This document shows positions 49,629 to 64,000 of a stretch of DNA of 64,000 nucleotides, one piece after another (positions within the stretch are counted from its first letter, which is position 1; every line of letters begins with the position of its first letter). The notes below the pieces were generated by a model. That model saw only the letters and a program-made list of their open reading frames with translations, made no database searches and was not told where the DNA came from. The translations under genes were made by a program, and so were the position numbers. Source of the DNA: Mobula birostris (taxonomy: Eukaryota); NCBI RefSeq assembly GCF_030028105.1, contig NW_027278410.1:62001-126000 (forward strand). The letters run 5' to 3'.

Positions 49629-50432
49629 TATGTCCACAACCCTGCAGTTCCCGTACAAGCTGTGTTGCATTCAGACAGAATGCTTTCTTTGGTGCATTGA
49701 TGAAGGTTGCCAAATTTCTTTGGCTTCCTAAGAAAGTAAGGGGCTCTGGTGAGCTTTCTCGGCCATGGTGTCTACCTGAGATGCCAGAAATATGGTCACT
49801 ATGTCATCAAATGCAGGATGCTAATTTTTTTAGCAACTCTTCTTGAATGTTTTAATAAACCCCTGAAACTTGCCCCTCAGGTCCTCTAAGTCTTTCCCCT
49901 CTCACTTTAAACCCATGCCCTCTAGTTTTAGACTCTTGTACCCCTAGGGGAAAAGACCACCTATCTGTGTTCCTCTTGGGTTTTATGCACATCTATCAAG
50001 TCACCCCTCAGCCTCCTTTGCCTTCACTCTCCAAGCCTGTCCAGTTCTTCTTAAAACTTGGGCCCTCTAGTCCCAGCAAGTTCCTTGTGAACAAGGAAGA
50101 ACAAGATAGCGGCAGTGATCATCGGTGATGTTCTGTGGGCTGCAGAAAATTGTTCCAAAAATTCTATTAAATATATCTGCAGCTTGCAACTTTGTGCCAA
50201 GCAATGGAGTTTTAAATCAACTCAATGATCTTCAAATCTCACAATCGACTGAAGAAACCGGACCAGTCAGCTGTGGCACCTGTAAGGTTCACTGCCGTGG
50301 CTGAAAGCAAGGTGGGGGGGGGGGGGGAGAACTCCAAGGCAGTTGGAAAAACTGCACTCACTGGATAACAAAATTGAGGACATGAGGGCAAGATTGCTGT
50401 ATTGAAGTAAACTCTGTACCATTGTATGCTTT

Positions 50433-50932
50433 NNNNNNNNNNNNNNNNNNNNNNNNNNNNNNNNNNNNNNNNNNNNNNNNNNNNNNNNNNNNNNNNNNNN
50501 NNNNNNNNNNNNNNNNNNNNNNNNNNNNNNNNNNNNNNNNNNNNNNNNNNNNNNNNNNNNNNNNNNNNNNNNNNNNNNNNNNNNNNNNNNNNNNNNNNNN
50601 NNNNNNNNNNNNNNNNNNNNNNNNNNNNNNNNNNNNNNNNNNNNNNNNNNNNNNNNNNNNNNNNNNNNNNNNNNNNNNNNNNNNNNNNNNNNNNNNNNNN
50701 NNNNNNNNNNNNNNNNNNNNNNNNNNNNNNNNNNNNNNNNNNNNNNNNNNNNNNNNNNNNNNNNNNNNNNNNNNNNNNNNNNNNNNNNNNNNNNNNNNNN
50801 NNNNNNNNNNNNNNNNNNNNNNNNNNNNNNNNNNNNNNNNNNNNNNNNNNNNNNNNNNNNNNNNNNNNNNNNNNNNNNNNNNNNNNNNNNNNNNNNNNNN
50901 NNNNNNNNNNNNNNNNNNNNNNNNNNNNNNNN
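50433..50932. other. Assembly gap (500 N)
   Basis: N run. Confidence 1.
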
Positions 50933-51149
50933 CTTCCACCCCCCCCCCCCCACCTTGAACCTATGCAGTCTGGTTTTGCACTGCCCTATCCTGGGTAACA
51001 GACTTAACATCCACCTTGGCTAAGACTAATAATTTTAAACACTTCTTATTCATTTGCCACTCATTATGTACTCCAAGGGTGCCATGGAAGCTACTACAAC
51101 CTGAGGCGTCAGAGTTCAATTCCAGTGCCGTTCTGTAAGGAGCCTCTGT

Positions 51150-52265
51150 ATGTCCTCCCTGAGGATTCCCACAATCCTGATTGATAAGTTACAGAACCTG
51201 GGCCTCTGTACCTCCCTCCGCAATTGGATCCTCGACTTCCGAACCAGAAGACCACAATCTGTGCAGATTGGTGATAACGTCTCCTGCTTGCTGATGATCA
51301 ACACTGCTGCAGCTCAGGGGTGTGTGCCTAGCCCACTGCTCTATTCCCTCTATATACACATGACTGTGTGGCTCAAATACCACCTATAAATTTGCTGATG
51401 ATACGACTATTGTTGGTAGAATCTCAGATGGTGATGAGAGGGTGTACAGGAGTGAGATATGCCAACTAGTGGAGTGGTGTCACAGCAACAACCTGGCACT
51501 CAACGTCAGTAAGACGAAAGAGCTGATTGTGGACTTCAGGAAGGGTAAGACAAAGGAATACATACCAATCCTCAGAGAGGGATCAGAAGTGGAGAGAGTG
51601 AGCAGCTTCAAGTTCCTGGGTGTCAAGATCTCTGAGGATCTAACCTGGTCCCAACACATTGATGCAGTTATAAAGAAGGCAAGACAGCGGCTACACTTTA
51701 TTAGGAGTTTGAAGAGATTTGGCATGTCAACAAATACACTCAAAAACTTCTATAGATATACCGCGGAGAGCATTCTGACAGGCTGCATCGCTGTTTGGTA
51801 TGAGGGGGCTTCTACACAGGACCGAAAGAAGCTGCAGAGGATCATAGATTTAGTTGGCTCCTTGGGCCTACAAAGTACCCAGGACATCTTCAAGGAGCGG
51901 TGTCTCAGAAAGGCAGCGTCCATTATTAAGGACCCCCCCCCACCAGCACCCAGGGCATGCCCTTTATTCACTGTTACCATCAGGTAGGAGATACAGAATC
52001 CTGAAGGCACATACTCAGCGATTCAGGAACAGCTTCTTCCCCTCTGCCATCCGATTCCTAAATGGACATTGAACCTGTGAACACCACCTCACATTTTTTA
52101 ATATATTTATGTTTTGTATGATTTTTAATCTATTCAATATAGGTACACTGTAATTGAGTTATTTATTATTATTATTTTCTCTCTTACTATATTGTGTATT
52201 GCATTGAATGCTGCTAGGGTAACAAATTTCACAACACATACCGGTGAAAATAATCCTGATTCTGG
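51150..52265 (+). mobile_element. 5'-truncated Rex1/Babar-like LINE inserted into a SINE
   Basis: QGCVPSPLLYSL, KFADD, NNLALNVSKTKELIVDFRK, ESILTGCIAVWY; tail AATAATCCTGATTCTG. SINE halves at about 51080-51150 and 52265-52400. Confidence 0.88.
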
Positions 52266-52863
52266 AATGTGTGGATTTTATCTGGGTGTTCCACTTTCCT
52301 CCCACAATCCAAAAACATACTGGTTAGTAGGTTAATTGGTGATTGTAAATTGTCCCACGATTAGGTTAGGATTAAATTAGGGTTGTCAGGGGTTGCTGGG
52401 TAGCAACCACTTGCATTTTAACTATAAATTTATTGAAATTTTGTACAAGCCCCTTTGCTTGGAATTTATTCCTTAATTTTCTTTTCATCTAAAGTGTGTG
52501 ATTTACAACAGAAGTGTATTCCCTCAAACGTGCTCTTTACATTTATTTTTAATGTGCAGAGTACAAGGGAGCCCAGGAAAGATTGATATTTTAATTATTG
52601 ATTGTAAAGGGAGAGTGAGTGATCACTACTTGGAAGCAGCAAGGTAATGTTGCAGCTCTATAAAACTCTGGCCACCTCATTACAGGAAGGATGTGGAAGT
52701 TTTGGAGAGGGTGCAGTGGAGATTTACCAGGATGCTGTCTGGATCAGATAGTAGGTCTTATGAAAGGTTGAGTGAGCTAAGGCTTTTCTCTTTGAAGAGA
52801 AGGAGAATGAAAGGTAACTTAATACAGGTATATAAGACAAGGTGATAAGGGGCATAGATAAAA

Positions 52864-54062
52864 CTAGACAACAGGGTGACCTGTTGGGGCACCCTTTGAG
52901 AGAAGGTGATGTGACCAGAATGAACATTAAATTTTCCTGAATGCTATTGGTATTGCTTTGCTTTGGAAACTGAAGTAGAAGACTCAGTTTATTAAAGAAG
53001 AACGACACGTAGCAAAGCAAATATAGCTCCTCGTTTACCGAAGGACACTTGACGGCATCATTTCTGGTCTATCTGCCACCCTTGTGCCTCTCCTTGTCAT
53101 TCTGGAGATGTGCAGCCCTTTCTGTCATCTCTTTATCTCTTCTGCTGTTTGTTCTGTGTCTGATCCTGGAGATGTGCATTTCTCAGCTCCTTTGTCTCTT
53201 CATCTCTCCTACTCCTGTGCCTGTTTTTGTCATTCTGGAGACGTGCAGCCCTTTCATCCCTCGTCTCTTCATCTCTTCTGTTGTTTGTTCTTTGTCGCTG
53301 ATCCTGGAGACGTGCATGCCTCTCCTCCTCTGTCTCTTCTCCTCTCATCTTTTTTTGTCCTGACTCTTTGATCCTGGAGTCGTGCAGCCCTGGCCTCATC
53401 CGATTCTTGTTCTCTCCCTCTCCTTGTCGCTTCCCGACGACGTTTGGTGTCATCTCTTGACTATAATGCACCCCTTCCCTTTTCACGCAGCGTAATTAGG
53501 CTGACCTTTTTTAATCCTAATGCTGGATAGAAGATACGAAGCAGTAACACCAAAAAATGCTGATGATGTGGTTGGCACTCTCCTAAATGGACATGATATA
53601 GTCACCATTGTCCTTTGACTGCAGCAAAGGGTTTTATGGGTGTCTCGGTGTACGTCATTACAATAAGATTTAATTATCTTTTATTGATGTGTGGCAGTTA
53701 GATCTGTCCCAATCCTGCACATGCTGATGGTGATTAGCAGAATGTGACCCCTTGAAATAGAGCTGCCCTGCCCTTTTGCTCCGGTAGGTGTCGCTGCTGA
53801 GGCTGGCCGCGCGCATGCGTTGGGCTGTCGCGTCCCGATTTCCATGATGGTCGATCGGGTCTCGGGTGAAAGGGAGCCTGTTGATTTTTGGTGAATGAGC
53901 AATTTTATATGAATATATAACCCTGAACTTTGCCTGCATTCTGTAAGTTAGCGCATTTTAATTCGATTTAGCCAAAAAAAAATGCTGCTGTAATGCACCG
54001 TTTGCCCTAATTGGAGGTCACAAACAGACAGACAGAGCATGAGAGTTTTAGTAGTATATAGA
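52864..54062 (-). mobile_element. Non-autonomous Helitron
   Basis: Minus strand starts A|TCTATATAC and ends with hairpin CAACAGG-TCAC-CCTGTTG then TCTAG|T. Inserted at an A|T site in a CR1 fragment with no target duplication. Confidence 0.85.
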
Positions 54063-54219
54063 TAGACAGCCAGAGTTTTTTTTTTCCAGGGTGGAGATCA
54101 TGAGTTGGTTTAAAGGGCCTGTTCCAGTGCTCTGCATGAAGAGAGCTATTCTGATTCAGGCAGGGTTGTGAGGTTAGCCGAGGGTCTGGGAGAGGGAAGG
54201 GCTCATCCCACAGTGCTGA

Positions 54220-54396
<177 letters not shown>

Positions 54397-54736
54397 TAAG
54401 TGCCATCACCAGTGCATTTCAACCCCCGCCCACTTACCCCACCTGTCTCTCATAGTATTGCCCCTTCACTCATCCCCTCTCGTTCCCGTTCTATCTCTTT
54501 CTCTCTTTCATCTCACACTTTCTCGCACTCTGCCTTTTTCTTACCCTCAGCTGTGACCAAGCTACCTTCTGTGTTGCTTTTCTCTCCACTCCATCTCTTC
54601 CTTTTCCGTCCCACCCCTGTCTCCATCCTCCCTCCCCCACCCCATCTATCCCTACCCTCTCCCAACTCTATCCCTCTCCCCTCATTCTCTTGCGATTAAC
54701 CTCCACTGACGCTTGGTGTCCCCTGCCTGCCGGCAG

Positions 54737-54920
54737 TGCTGACAACACGTGGGAGCCGGAGAAGAACCTTGACTGCCCAGAACTGATCGGGGAGTTCCTG
54801 AAAACCTACAACAAGGACAAGGAGAATGGCACTGGCTCCCGAGACAAGCCGGATAACAGCAAACGCAAGTCCGCCATCGTCAACGGCAATGAGGAGCCCA
54901 AAACCAAGAGGAAAAAAGAG
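54737..54920 (+). CDS. CBX5: CBX5 second coding exon (chromodomain C-half and hinge)
   Basis: ADNTWEPEKNLDCPELIGEFLK...KRKS...KRKKE; CAG acceptor, GTCAGC donor. Confidence 0.95.
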
Positions 54921-57214
54921 GTCAGCGATTCACATTTCATCCCTTGGGGAGGCAGCAGTGAACCATGTCCTCATCCCATAGTACTGTAAAGTTTAGAGCA
55001 AAATTATGCCATTCAGCCCATCCAGCTGACAGGTCCCCCCCCACAACCTACTTCTCCGGACTTCTTCCGCACAACAAAGAAACCATTCATCTCTGCCTTA
55101 TTGATACGCCAAATGCAGTTTGAACAACTTTCCCAACTCCATTCTCCTGCTGTCTCCCTGTAACCCATAGCTCCTTCCATCTCTGCTTTAAGCACACCTA
55201 GTGAATGGAAGCTCCACCTTCCTCTTCATCCCAGTTCCAAAGGGACGTCCCTTCATTCTGAGGCTGTGCTCTCGGATCCTAGGCTCTCCCACTGATGGAG
55301 CCGTTCTCTCCATGTGTAATGAAAATTATTTTAAAATTCATTGTTCTTCTCTTATTCAGCTCAGTATGTTTGCATATGCATTTTGCAAACAAAGGAGACA
55401 CTGTACACATGCTGAGGCCACCAGAAAACATTTTATTAGAATGAGTACAATTCCAACAGAGAAAGAAAAACTAAAGTTTACATAAGTAGCAATACAGAAT
55501 TCAAAATAATACTTATAATCCACTAAACAAGCCGATCTCTGCAATGTCAGAGAACCACAGATCCGATCTTTCATGCAGCCCCCCTCTCCCTTGTCTCTAA
55601 TTCTCTAACTCTGAGCACTAGCACCAGTCATGACCTAGCCTAAGACAAATCTCTTCCCCACACAAAGAAAGTGCCCCTTTTATACACTCCTTAAGATTCC
55701 TTCAAAGCACAACATAATTATCACCTCAGTATTTTTCCAACCCTTGATGGTACCAGCTGCATCTTTTTTTAAAACAACCTTCAGCCCAGGGGCACAATCT
55801 AGGAAAACAGTCAACAGGTCTGAAGGAGGAAAACATTGTTCAGTATCGAATCATGGAGATGTGCACTGGTGCATATCCCCAGATTGTCACCACGTTCCAA
55901 CCTGACACCACTTTGCTTTTGAATTTCCTTTTTATTTTGGTACATACTAAGGAGGAATCACAATTAACTCTTTCCTTCACATCTGCACTTGCAGTATCCG
56001 GGAGGTTTCAATGAAATCCCCTCCCTCCCTCCCTCCCTCCATTTTCTGACCTCCATTGAGTACAGCCCAGGGACATCAAATGATCCATGTAAGTCAAGCA
56101 TTAAGAGTTGTACAGCATGAAACAGAACATTCGGCCCAACTAATCCATGCCAACTGTTGCCCAGTGAGCTAGTCCCACTCAACCCTACCCCAATCAGTGT
56201 TCTCTTGGCTTTATCTGTGTTGCCACATAGAACAATACAGACAATGTTGTACTGACCTACTCTAAGATCAATCTAACCTTTCTCTCCGTACAGCTCATAA
56301 CCCTCCATTTTTCTTACATTAATGTGCCTATCTAAGAGTCTCTTGAGTGTCCCTAATATATGTCTCCATCACCACTTTTGGCAATGGGTTCCATACAGCC
56401 ACCACTTTTTTTTTTAATAAAGAAACCTCTAACATTTCCCCTAAACTTTTTCTCCACTCACCTTAAACAGTTGTCCTCTGGTATTGGCTGTGCAACCCTG
56501 GGGAAAAAGGCACTGCCTGTCCACACTACCTATGCCTCTCATAATCTTGTACACCTCTTTTCCTCTGCTCCATAGAGAAAAGCCCTAGCTCACTTAATCT
56601 ATCCTCATAAAACATGCTCCCCAATCCAGGCAGCATCCTGGTAAATTTCCTCTGCACCCTCTCTAAAGCTTCCACGTCCTCCTACAATGAGGTGACCAGA
56701 ACTGAACAAATACTCCATAGGTGGTCTAATCAGAGTTTTGTAAAACTGCAACATTACATTGTGGCTCTTGAACTGAATGCCCTGATTAATGAAGGGCATT
56801 ACTCTATGATCTGGGGAAGTTTCCTGCAGTCTACCCTCCTGATACCCATCATAATGTTATACACCGTGGTCATGTCACCTTCTAAATCTTCATCCAGGGA
56901 GAACAGGCCCAGCCTCTCATCCTTTTACTCACAACTGAAATGCTCCAACCAAGGCAACGTCCTCTTCTCTGCACACTCTCCAGTGTAATCACTTCTCGTC
57001 TTGCGCTCCAGTTCCCCAGTCCTTAATGCTTATCTCTCTCCTGTTAACATTTCCCCACCACCTCCACACTTCACCACCCTCAGAAAGAGGAGGGAGCAGA
57101 GAATTCCAAGATTCAACTGGTTGATTGAAGAAGGTCTCTCTCTGATTTCTCTCTCCTCCCCCCCCCCCCCCCCAAATCTTTCTTGCAGCGCTCCCCAACC
57201 TCCTCTGAATTGGG

Positions 57215-57485
57215 GTGCCACAGTAGCATAGTGGTTAGCACAATGTTATTACAGCTCACCATCAGAGTTCGGAATTCAATTCCGGTGTCCTCTAAGGAGT
57301 CTCTGTACAACCTCCCCATGGAAAACATTGGTTTTATCTGGGTGCTCTGGTTTCCTACCACAGTCCAAAACCATACTGGTTAGTAAGTTAATTGGTTATT
57401 GTAAATTGTCCTGTGATTAGGCTAGAGTTGCTGGGCGGTGTGGCTTGAAGGGCCTCTTCCGTGCTGTATCTCGAAATAAATAAAT
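57215..57485 (+). mobile_element. Near-complete tRNA-derived V-type SINE
   Basis: A-box TAGCATAGTGG, B-box-like TTCAATTCC, central GGTGCTCTGGTTTCCT..CAGTCCAAA domain, CR1-like tail and (TAAA)n. Confidence 0.75.
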
Positions 57486-58479
57486 GTCCTTCTAGCATGA
57501 TCTAACAACATTTAAAGGGAAGTATCCCTTCAGCCCAACTGGTCCATGCTGATTGTGTAGTCCAGTGAACTGGTTCCATCTGCCTGTGTTTGGCCCTTTG
57601 CCCTCTAAATCTCTATCCATCTACGTATCTAGATTGCTTTTAAAAGTTGCTAATGTGCCTGCCTCAACCACTGGTTCTGGCAGTTTCTTCAAATATGCAC
57701 CACCCTTTGTGTGAAGAACCAAGGATAAAGATCATGTGCCTTTACCCTGTCTGTGCACCTTGTGATCTTATATACCTCTATCAGTTCTCTCTGCAATCTC
57801 CTATGTTCCAGGAAAGATGTAAAGTCCTGGTCTACACAGCCAGTCCTTGTAACTCAGACCCCCAAGTCGAGACAACATCCTGGTAAATCTTTTCCACAAT
57901 CTTTTTAGTTGAGTGACACCTTTTCTGTGACAGGGTGACTCAAACTGTACACAATACTCCAAGTGTGGCCTCACTTGTAACTGACTTGCCTAACTGCAAC
58001 ACAACTCCTCGTGTACTCAGTGCCCTGACGGATGAAGTCCAGCAAGTCACACACCTTCTGCAGCACTCTGTCTGCCTGGGATGCTGCTTTCAGTGAATGA
58101 TGCACTTGTATTCCAAGACCCCTCTGTACCATGACACTCCCCATGGCCCTACTATTCATAGTGTTATAAGTTTTATGACTTACACAATAGCTTCTGTCGC
58201 CCTTTCCTTCCATTCTTGAAGGCTCTTTGCCTGAAACGTTGACTATTTGTTCCCCTCCATAGATGGCTCCTGACCTGCTGAGTTCCTCCAGCATTTTGTG
58301 TGTTGCTCAAGACTTCCAATATCTACAGAATCTCTTGTGCTTATAAAACATGTCGTGCCATGGTTTGATCTCCTAAAGTACAATGCCTCACATTTTTCTG
58401 AATTGAAAGACATTTGCCAATCCTCAACCTACATACTGAGCTGATCAACATCCCCTCCGGGCATCTGGGAAAGGTTTAG

Positions 58480-59085
58480 TGAATTGGCCTTCATTATTTG
58501 GGGATTGAGTTCAAGAACTGCAAGATAATATTGCAACTCTATAAAACTCTCTGAGGCCACACTTGGGAGTATTATGTTCAGTTCTGGTCACTTCATTATA
58601 GGACAGATGTGGAAGTTTTGGAGAGGGTACAGAGGAGATTTACCAGGATGCTGCATAGATTAGAGAGCATGTCTTATCCAGATAGGTTGAGTGAGCTAGG
58701 GCTTTTCTCTCTGGAGTGAAGGAGGATGAGAGGTGACTTGATAGAGTTCTGTACAAGATGATAAGAGGCATAGATCAAAAGGACAGCCAAGAGACCTTTT
58801 CTCAGGGCAGAAATGGCTAATTTGAGGTGGGCATATTTTAAGGAAAGTATAGGGGGAATTTCAGAGGCAAGTTGTTTGGTGGGTCCATGGAACACCCCAT
58901 CAGGGGTGGTGGTATAGGCAGATACATTAGAGACCTTTAAGAGACTCTTGGATAGGCACATGATGATAGAAAAATTGGGGGCTTTGAGGGAAGAAAGAGT
59001 TAAATTGAGTTTGAGTATGTTAAACGATTGGCACAGCATAGTGGTCCGAAGGGCTTGTACAGTGCTGTACTGTTCTATGTTCTTA
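58480..59085 (+). mobile_element. CR1 LINE 3' fragment; further CR1 fragments occupy much of 55960-58200 and 61430-64000
   Basis: LERVQRRFTRML-type remnants and TTCTATGTTCT tail. Confidence 0.8.
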
Positions 59086-59103
59086 GTTGTGTACATACAT
59101 TAA

Positions 59104-59400
<297 letters not shown>

Positions 59401-59570
59401 TGAGGGAAGGGTGTGGGGTTAGTGAAGATGGAGGGAGGGAGAGTTGAGTATGGAAGGGGTGGGGAGGGAGGAGGGGGAGTGATGGTGAGGGGGCTACAGG
59501 GGTACAGAGAGGAAGGGATTGTGAGGTTGAGGAGGAGGGGATGGAATGAGCAGGAGTGGGGAGGGAATGA

Positions 59571-59891
<321 letters not shown>

Positions 59892-62800
59892 ATGCAGGCG
59901 TGTCCCCGCTGCCTGTCCTCTCCCTCCCTCCCTCCTACCACACCCTCCCTGGGGGCTGTAGGTTTGAGGAGGGAGGGAGGGTGCAGGGGTGGGAAGGAAA
60001 AGAGAGGGGAGGTGAGAGTTATTCCTCTCACTGGGTGAAGTCTCCCAGCTCTTGAGTTTTAACTGGAGGACGTGGGGTTAGGTTCTAATCTGAATCCCCA
60101 CTCCCTCTCTCCTCTCCAACCTCAACATCCCTTCTCTGTACTCTTACCCAGCTGTCCCTCTCCTCCCTTCCCTGTCATTTTCCCTCTCCTCCCTTCCCAC
60201 TGCAGTTTGGCCCGGGCAGGTAGAGGACGAGTCTGCGCATGTGTGTCTGGGGAAGCGTGTGTCATTCATGTACTGCATCTTTCATCTGTATGTTAGCAAG
60301 ATACCAGAACCCCAACACTCCCCCATAGCTGGTAGGGTCCCCTGTCTGCAGTCCGCTTTCTGATCTTCTCCTGCTCCAAGTGCACACCCTCCTCCACCCC
60401 CCCCTCCCCCCAAATCCCCATCCCTCCCAACCAGTCAGGAATCTGGATTTATTCTATGTAGCTGGTGTGGAAGGTTGTGAAGTACATGCGCGTGTTGTAC
60501 AAGTGCTTGTGTGCTCACACTGTGCAAGTGATTGCCTGTATGTGTGTGTCCATTTTGCCCTCTTGTCACCGGCCATAGCCAGCTGACTCTCCTCCCGGTG
60601 CCAGTGGACCCACTTCCCTGTAGCCTTTGCTCAGATAAAGCCAGTAACCACCCCCTCCACCTCTCTTCTCCCCTGCCCCCCCCCAGTGGCATTCCCAGGG
60701 ACCAGCAAGGCAGGGTGCGAGGGTGGTGGGGTCCCTCAGTCCAGCCCCTGTGCCCCTGTTCCCGAATTCTAACCCTCTCTTGTCTCTGTGCACCCTCCCA
60801 AGATCCAGTGTCCTCCCTCTGGGGAATTATTCCATCACTACCAACCCCCCCCCCCCGGCAGGAGGTAGTTCTGTTTGGGGTTTGGGGAGAGATATTCTAC
60901 TATCCCCATTCTGCTGTCCTCCCCCCCCCCCCCTCCCCCCCCCCCCAACCCGGTGAGAAAGTGCCTCTCTCTCTGCTGTCACACAGAGTGCAGATACAGT
61001 AATCTCCCCCCGTCCCGCATGAGTTGAAGATTTTTAACAGATATTGAGTCGTGTTGTTATAGGACCCTTCCCACCACCAGGCACCCCTTGTAGGGAGAGA
61101 GAGGCACCCTCTTTCCTTTTTTTTTCTACAGAAACCAACATGTGCTATTTTGTCAGATGTATTAAGAACTACTTTACAATACGTAACACTGTCTGGGTTG
61201 TCTCTGTTTGAGCGCGGGGAGTGTCGCTGGTGATGCCAGAATATGCTGGGTAGAATGAGGTCAGCGCTGCCTTTCAACTGTCACTTTTCTTTTTCACCCG
61301 GTAACCGAGCCCATCAATCTCTGCCATTAATACACCCAGTGACCTACCCTCTACTGCCCTCCATGGCAATAATTCCCATGGTTTCCTCCTTTCCCAGTTC
61401 CAAAGGGACATCCTTCTATTCTGACTTAAACATAGGGCCTGCACGGAACTGTAGGGTTTTAAGGCCCACACTCTAAGATCAATTCAATCCTTCTGTCCCA
61501 CATTGCCCTCCATTTTTCTATCATCCATGTGCCTAAGTCTCCTAAATGTCCCTAATGTATCAGCCTCTACCACCACCCCTGACAGTGCGTTCACGCATCG
61601 ACCTCTCATTGTGTAAAGAACTTGCCTCTGTCTTCCGCACCCCCCCTCAAAATTATGCCTTTTCGTATTAACCATTTCTACCCTGGGACTTGAGCAGAAT
61701 TAGGCCATTCAACCCATTGGGTCTGCTGTTCCATTCCATAATGGCTAATTTATTTTCCCTCTCAACCCCATTCTTCCTTCTCCTCATTACCTTCGATGCC
61801 CTTACTAATAAACCTATCAACCTCCTCAAATACACCCAGTGACTTGGTCTGCTCAGTCATCTGTGGAAATGAATTCCATAGATTTGCCACTCTCTGGATA
61901 AAGATATATTTCCTCCTTTCTGTTCTCAAGGGATGTCCCTCTATCCCGAGGCTGTGCCTTCTGGTCCTAGACTTCCCCCACTATATGAAACATCTTGTGG
62001 AGGAACACAGCACAGGTGCAGGCTGAAATCCACTTACCACTCCTTAGCCCACTTCCCTAACTGATCAAGATCCCCCTGTAATCTATGATAACCTTCACTA
62101 TCAACATGACCATCTAATTAGTGTCATCTGCAAACTTGCCAATCAAGCTTGTGCCTTGCCATCTGAACCATGTAAATAAGCAAGGAATAAAAAGGGTCCC
62201 AGTATTAACCCCTGTGGCACACTAGTCACTGGCCTCCATTCCAAGAAACAACCTTCAGCCACCACCCTGTGCTTCCTACTTACACGCCAATGCTGAACCC
62301 ACCAACTTAGCTCTCCCTGGATTCAACGGGACCTAACCTTCCAGAGCAGCCTGCTAGGCAGGACGCCTTCAAAGTCGTTGCAAACTGCCAAGCAGAGGAT
62401 GAATTGGTGTTTCTCAGCTTGGGTCAGACCTGTTGTGTTGGGGCAGGATGCCACAGGGAGGGAGATATCATGGGATAGGTGGTGGACAACTGGAACCTTG
62501 GGGTCATCCCTGTGCACTGAAAATGGGGCATGAACGGTCATCAGCATTTAGCTGGATGAGACATCTCGCTGGGGCAGGAGTCATATGGAGAGACTGGGAC
62601 TGCTGGCTGGCGTTGGTGATACCGCACCTGGAGTATTGTGTGCAGTTCTGGCCACCCAGGGTGGGATTAAGACCATAAAAACATAGGAGTAGAATTAGTT
62701 TGTTCAGCCCATTGACTATTCAATCATGGCTGATTTATTTCCAAGATTGTTTAATGTAATTTCCAATATACGAGTGTAAAGGAGAATGAAATAATTGTTA

Positions 62801-64000
62801 CTCCAGATCAGATGCAGCACAAACAAAACACAATAAGATGAGGAATAAATAATTTTAAAATACGCACACAATAAATATGCAAGATACATTGTATATCCAT
62901 AAAGTGATGCTAGGCACAGGGGTGTCTGAACGTAAGGTGACCAACAGTAAATGATAAACTAGTGGTGGTTGGGGGTGTGGAAGGGTTGGTTAGTGGGTAA
63001 CTTCATTCTGACTTTTCCCCATAACCTTTGACCCCCTTACTAATTAACTACCTCTCAACCTCTGCTTCAGGTTAAGCTGAAGAGGGTACAATAAATCCGA
63101 AATGTTACTGGGACTGGAGAGCATGAGTTATGTTACACCAGAAGGCATATATTTAAGGTTAGAGGGCTAAGTTCAAAGGAGATGTGTGAGGCAATTTTTT
63201 TTTCCTTTTATACAGAGTGGTGGGTGCCAGCAATCTGTTTCCAGGGATGATGGTGGTCAGGTACGATAGGTATTTGAGGCTGTTAGACAGGCACATGGAT
63301 GTGCAAGGAATGGAAGGATATGGGCAGCATGTTGGCTGAAGGGATTAGTTTAGTTAGGTGTTTAATTAATAGTTTGCTTAGTTATACAACATTGCGGTTC
63401 TTTTGTACTGTAGTGTTCTCTGTTGTAAGCTAGGGAGGGTGCAGAAAAGATTTATGAGGATGTCTTTGAGGATAGTTTAAGCAAGCTAGGGCTTTTCTCT
63501 GGAGCAAAGGGGATAAGAGATGACTTGATAGGTGTACAAGATGATAAGAGGCATAGATCGAGTGGAGAGACAGACTTTATCCCAGGGCGGAAATGGCTAA
63601 TACAAAAGGGCATAATTTTAAGGTAACTGGATGAAAGCATAAGGGGGATGTTAGAAGTAGGGTTTTACACAAAGAGTGGTGGGTGTGTGGAATGTGCTGC
63701 CAGGGGTGGTGGTAGAGGCAGATACATTAAGTAGAGGGCTATGTGGGAGGGAAGGGCTAGATTGCTCTTGGAGTAAGTTAAAAGGTTTGCACAAAATCGT
63801 GGGCTGAAGGTTGTGTTGTATGTTGCAACTGTGAAAGATGTTGATAAGATTACACCTGTAGTACCATGTGTAGTTCTGGTCACCTAGCTACAGGAAGGAT
63901 GGGATTAAGCTGAAGAGGGTGCAGGGGAAAAAAATCACGAGGATGTTGCCAGGACTGGAGGGCTTGGTTAATGAGGAAAGACTGGACAGGCTAGGACTGT

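Noticed and set aside
50267-51010. ORFs of 178-247 aa
   Set aside because: They span the 500-N assembly gap.

Overview
This is vertebrate genomic DNA, not prokaryotic. The repeat content (CR1, Rex/Babar, V-type SINEs, Penelope, GA/GT-rich minisatellites) suggests a cartilaginous fish, probably a ray; that assignment is inference. The window holds the conserved HoxC-linked block: COPZ1 exon 1 (-) with intronic miR-148b, NFE2 (+, 3 coding exons, 433 aa), HNRNPA1 (-, 10 coding exons, 364 aa, plus 3'UTR introns) and CBX5/HP1-alpha (+, 4 coding exons, 189 aa). HNRNPA1 and CBX5 are head-to-head on a CpG-island promoter. The genes sit among dense repeats. The most notable non-gene items are: a full-length ~6.15 kb Tx1-clade retrotransposon inserted into a 52-bp minisatellite array inside an NFE2 intron (candidate satellite-targeting family); Penelope-derived inverted-repeat elements carrying minimal hammerhead ribozyme motifs; two minisatellites apparently born from CR1 ORF2 segments; a 47-bp satellite with higher-order repeats; and a 1.2 kb Helitron with 23-aa STPR-like repeats. 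A 500-N assembly gap lies at 50433-50932. All comparisons to human or fish sequences are from recall, not database searches.
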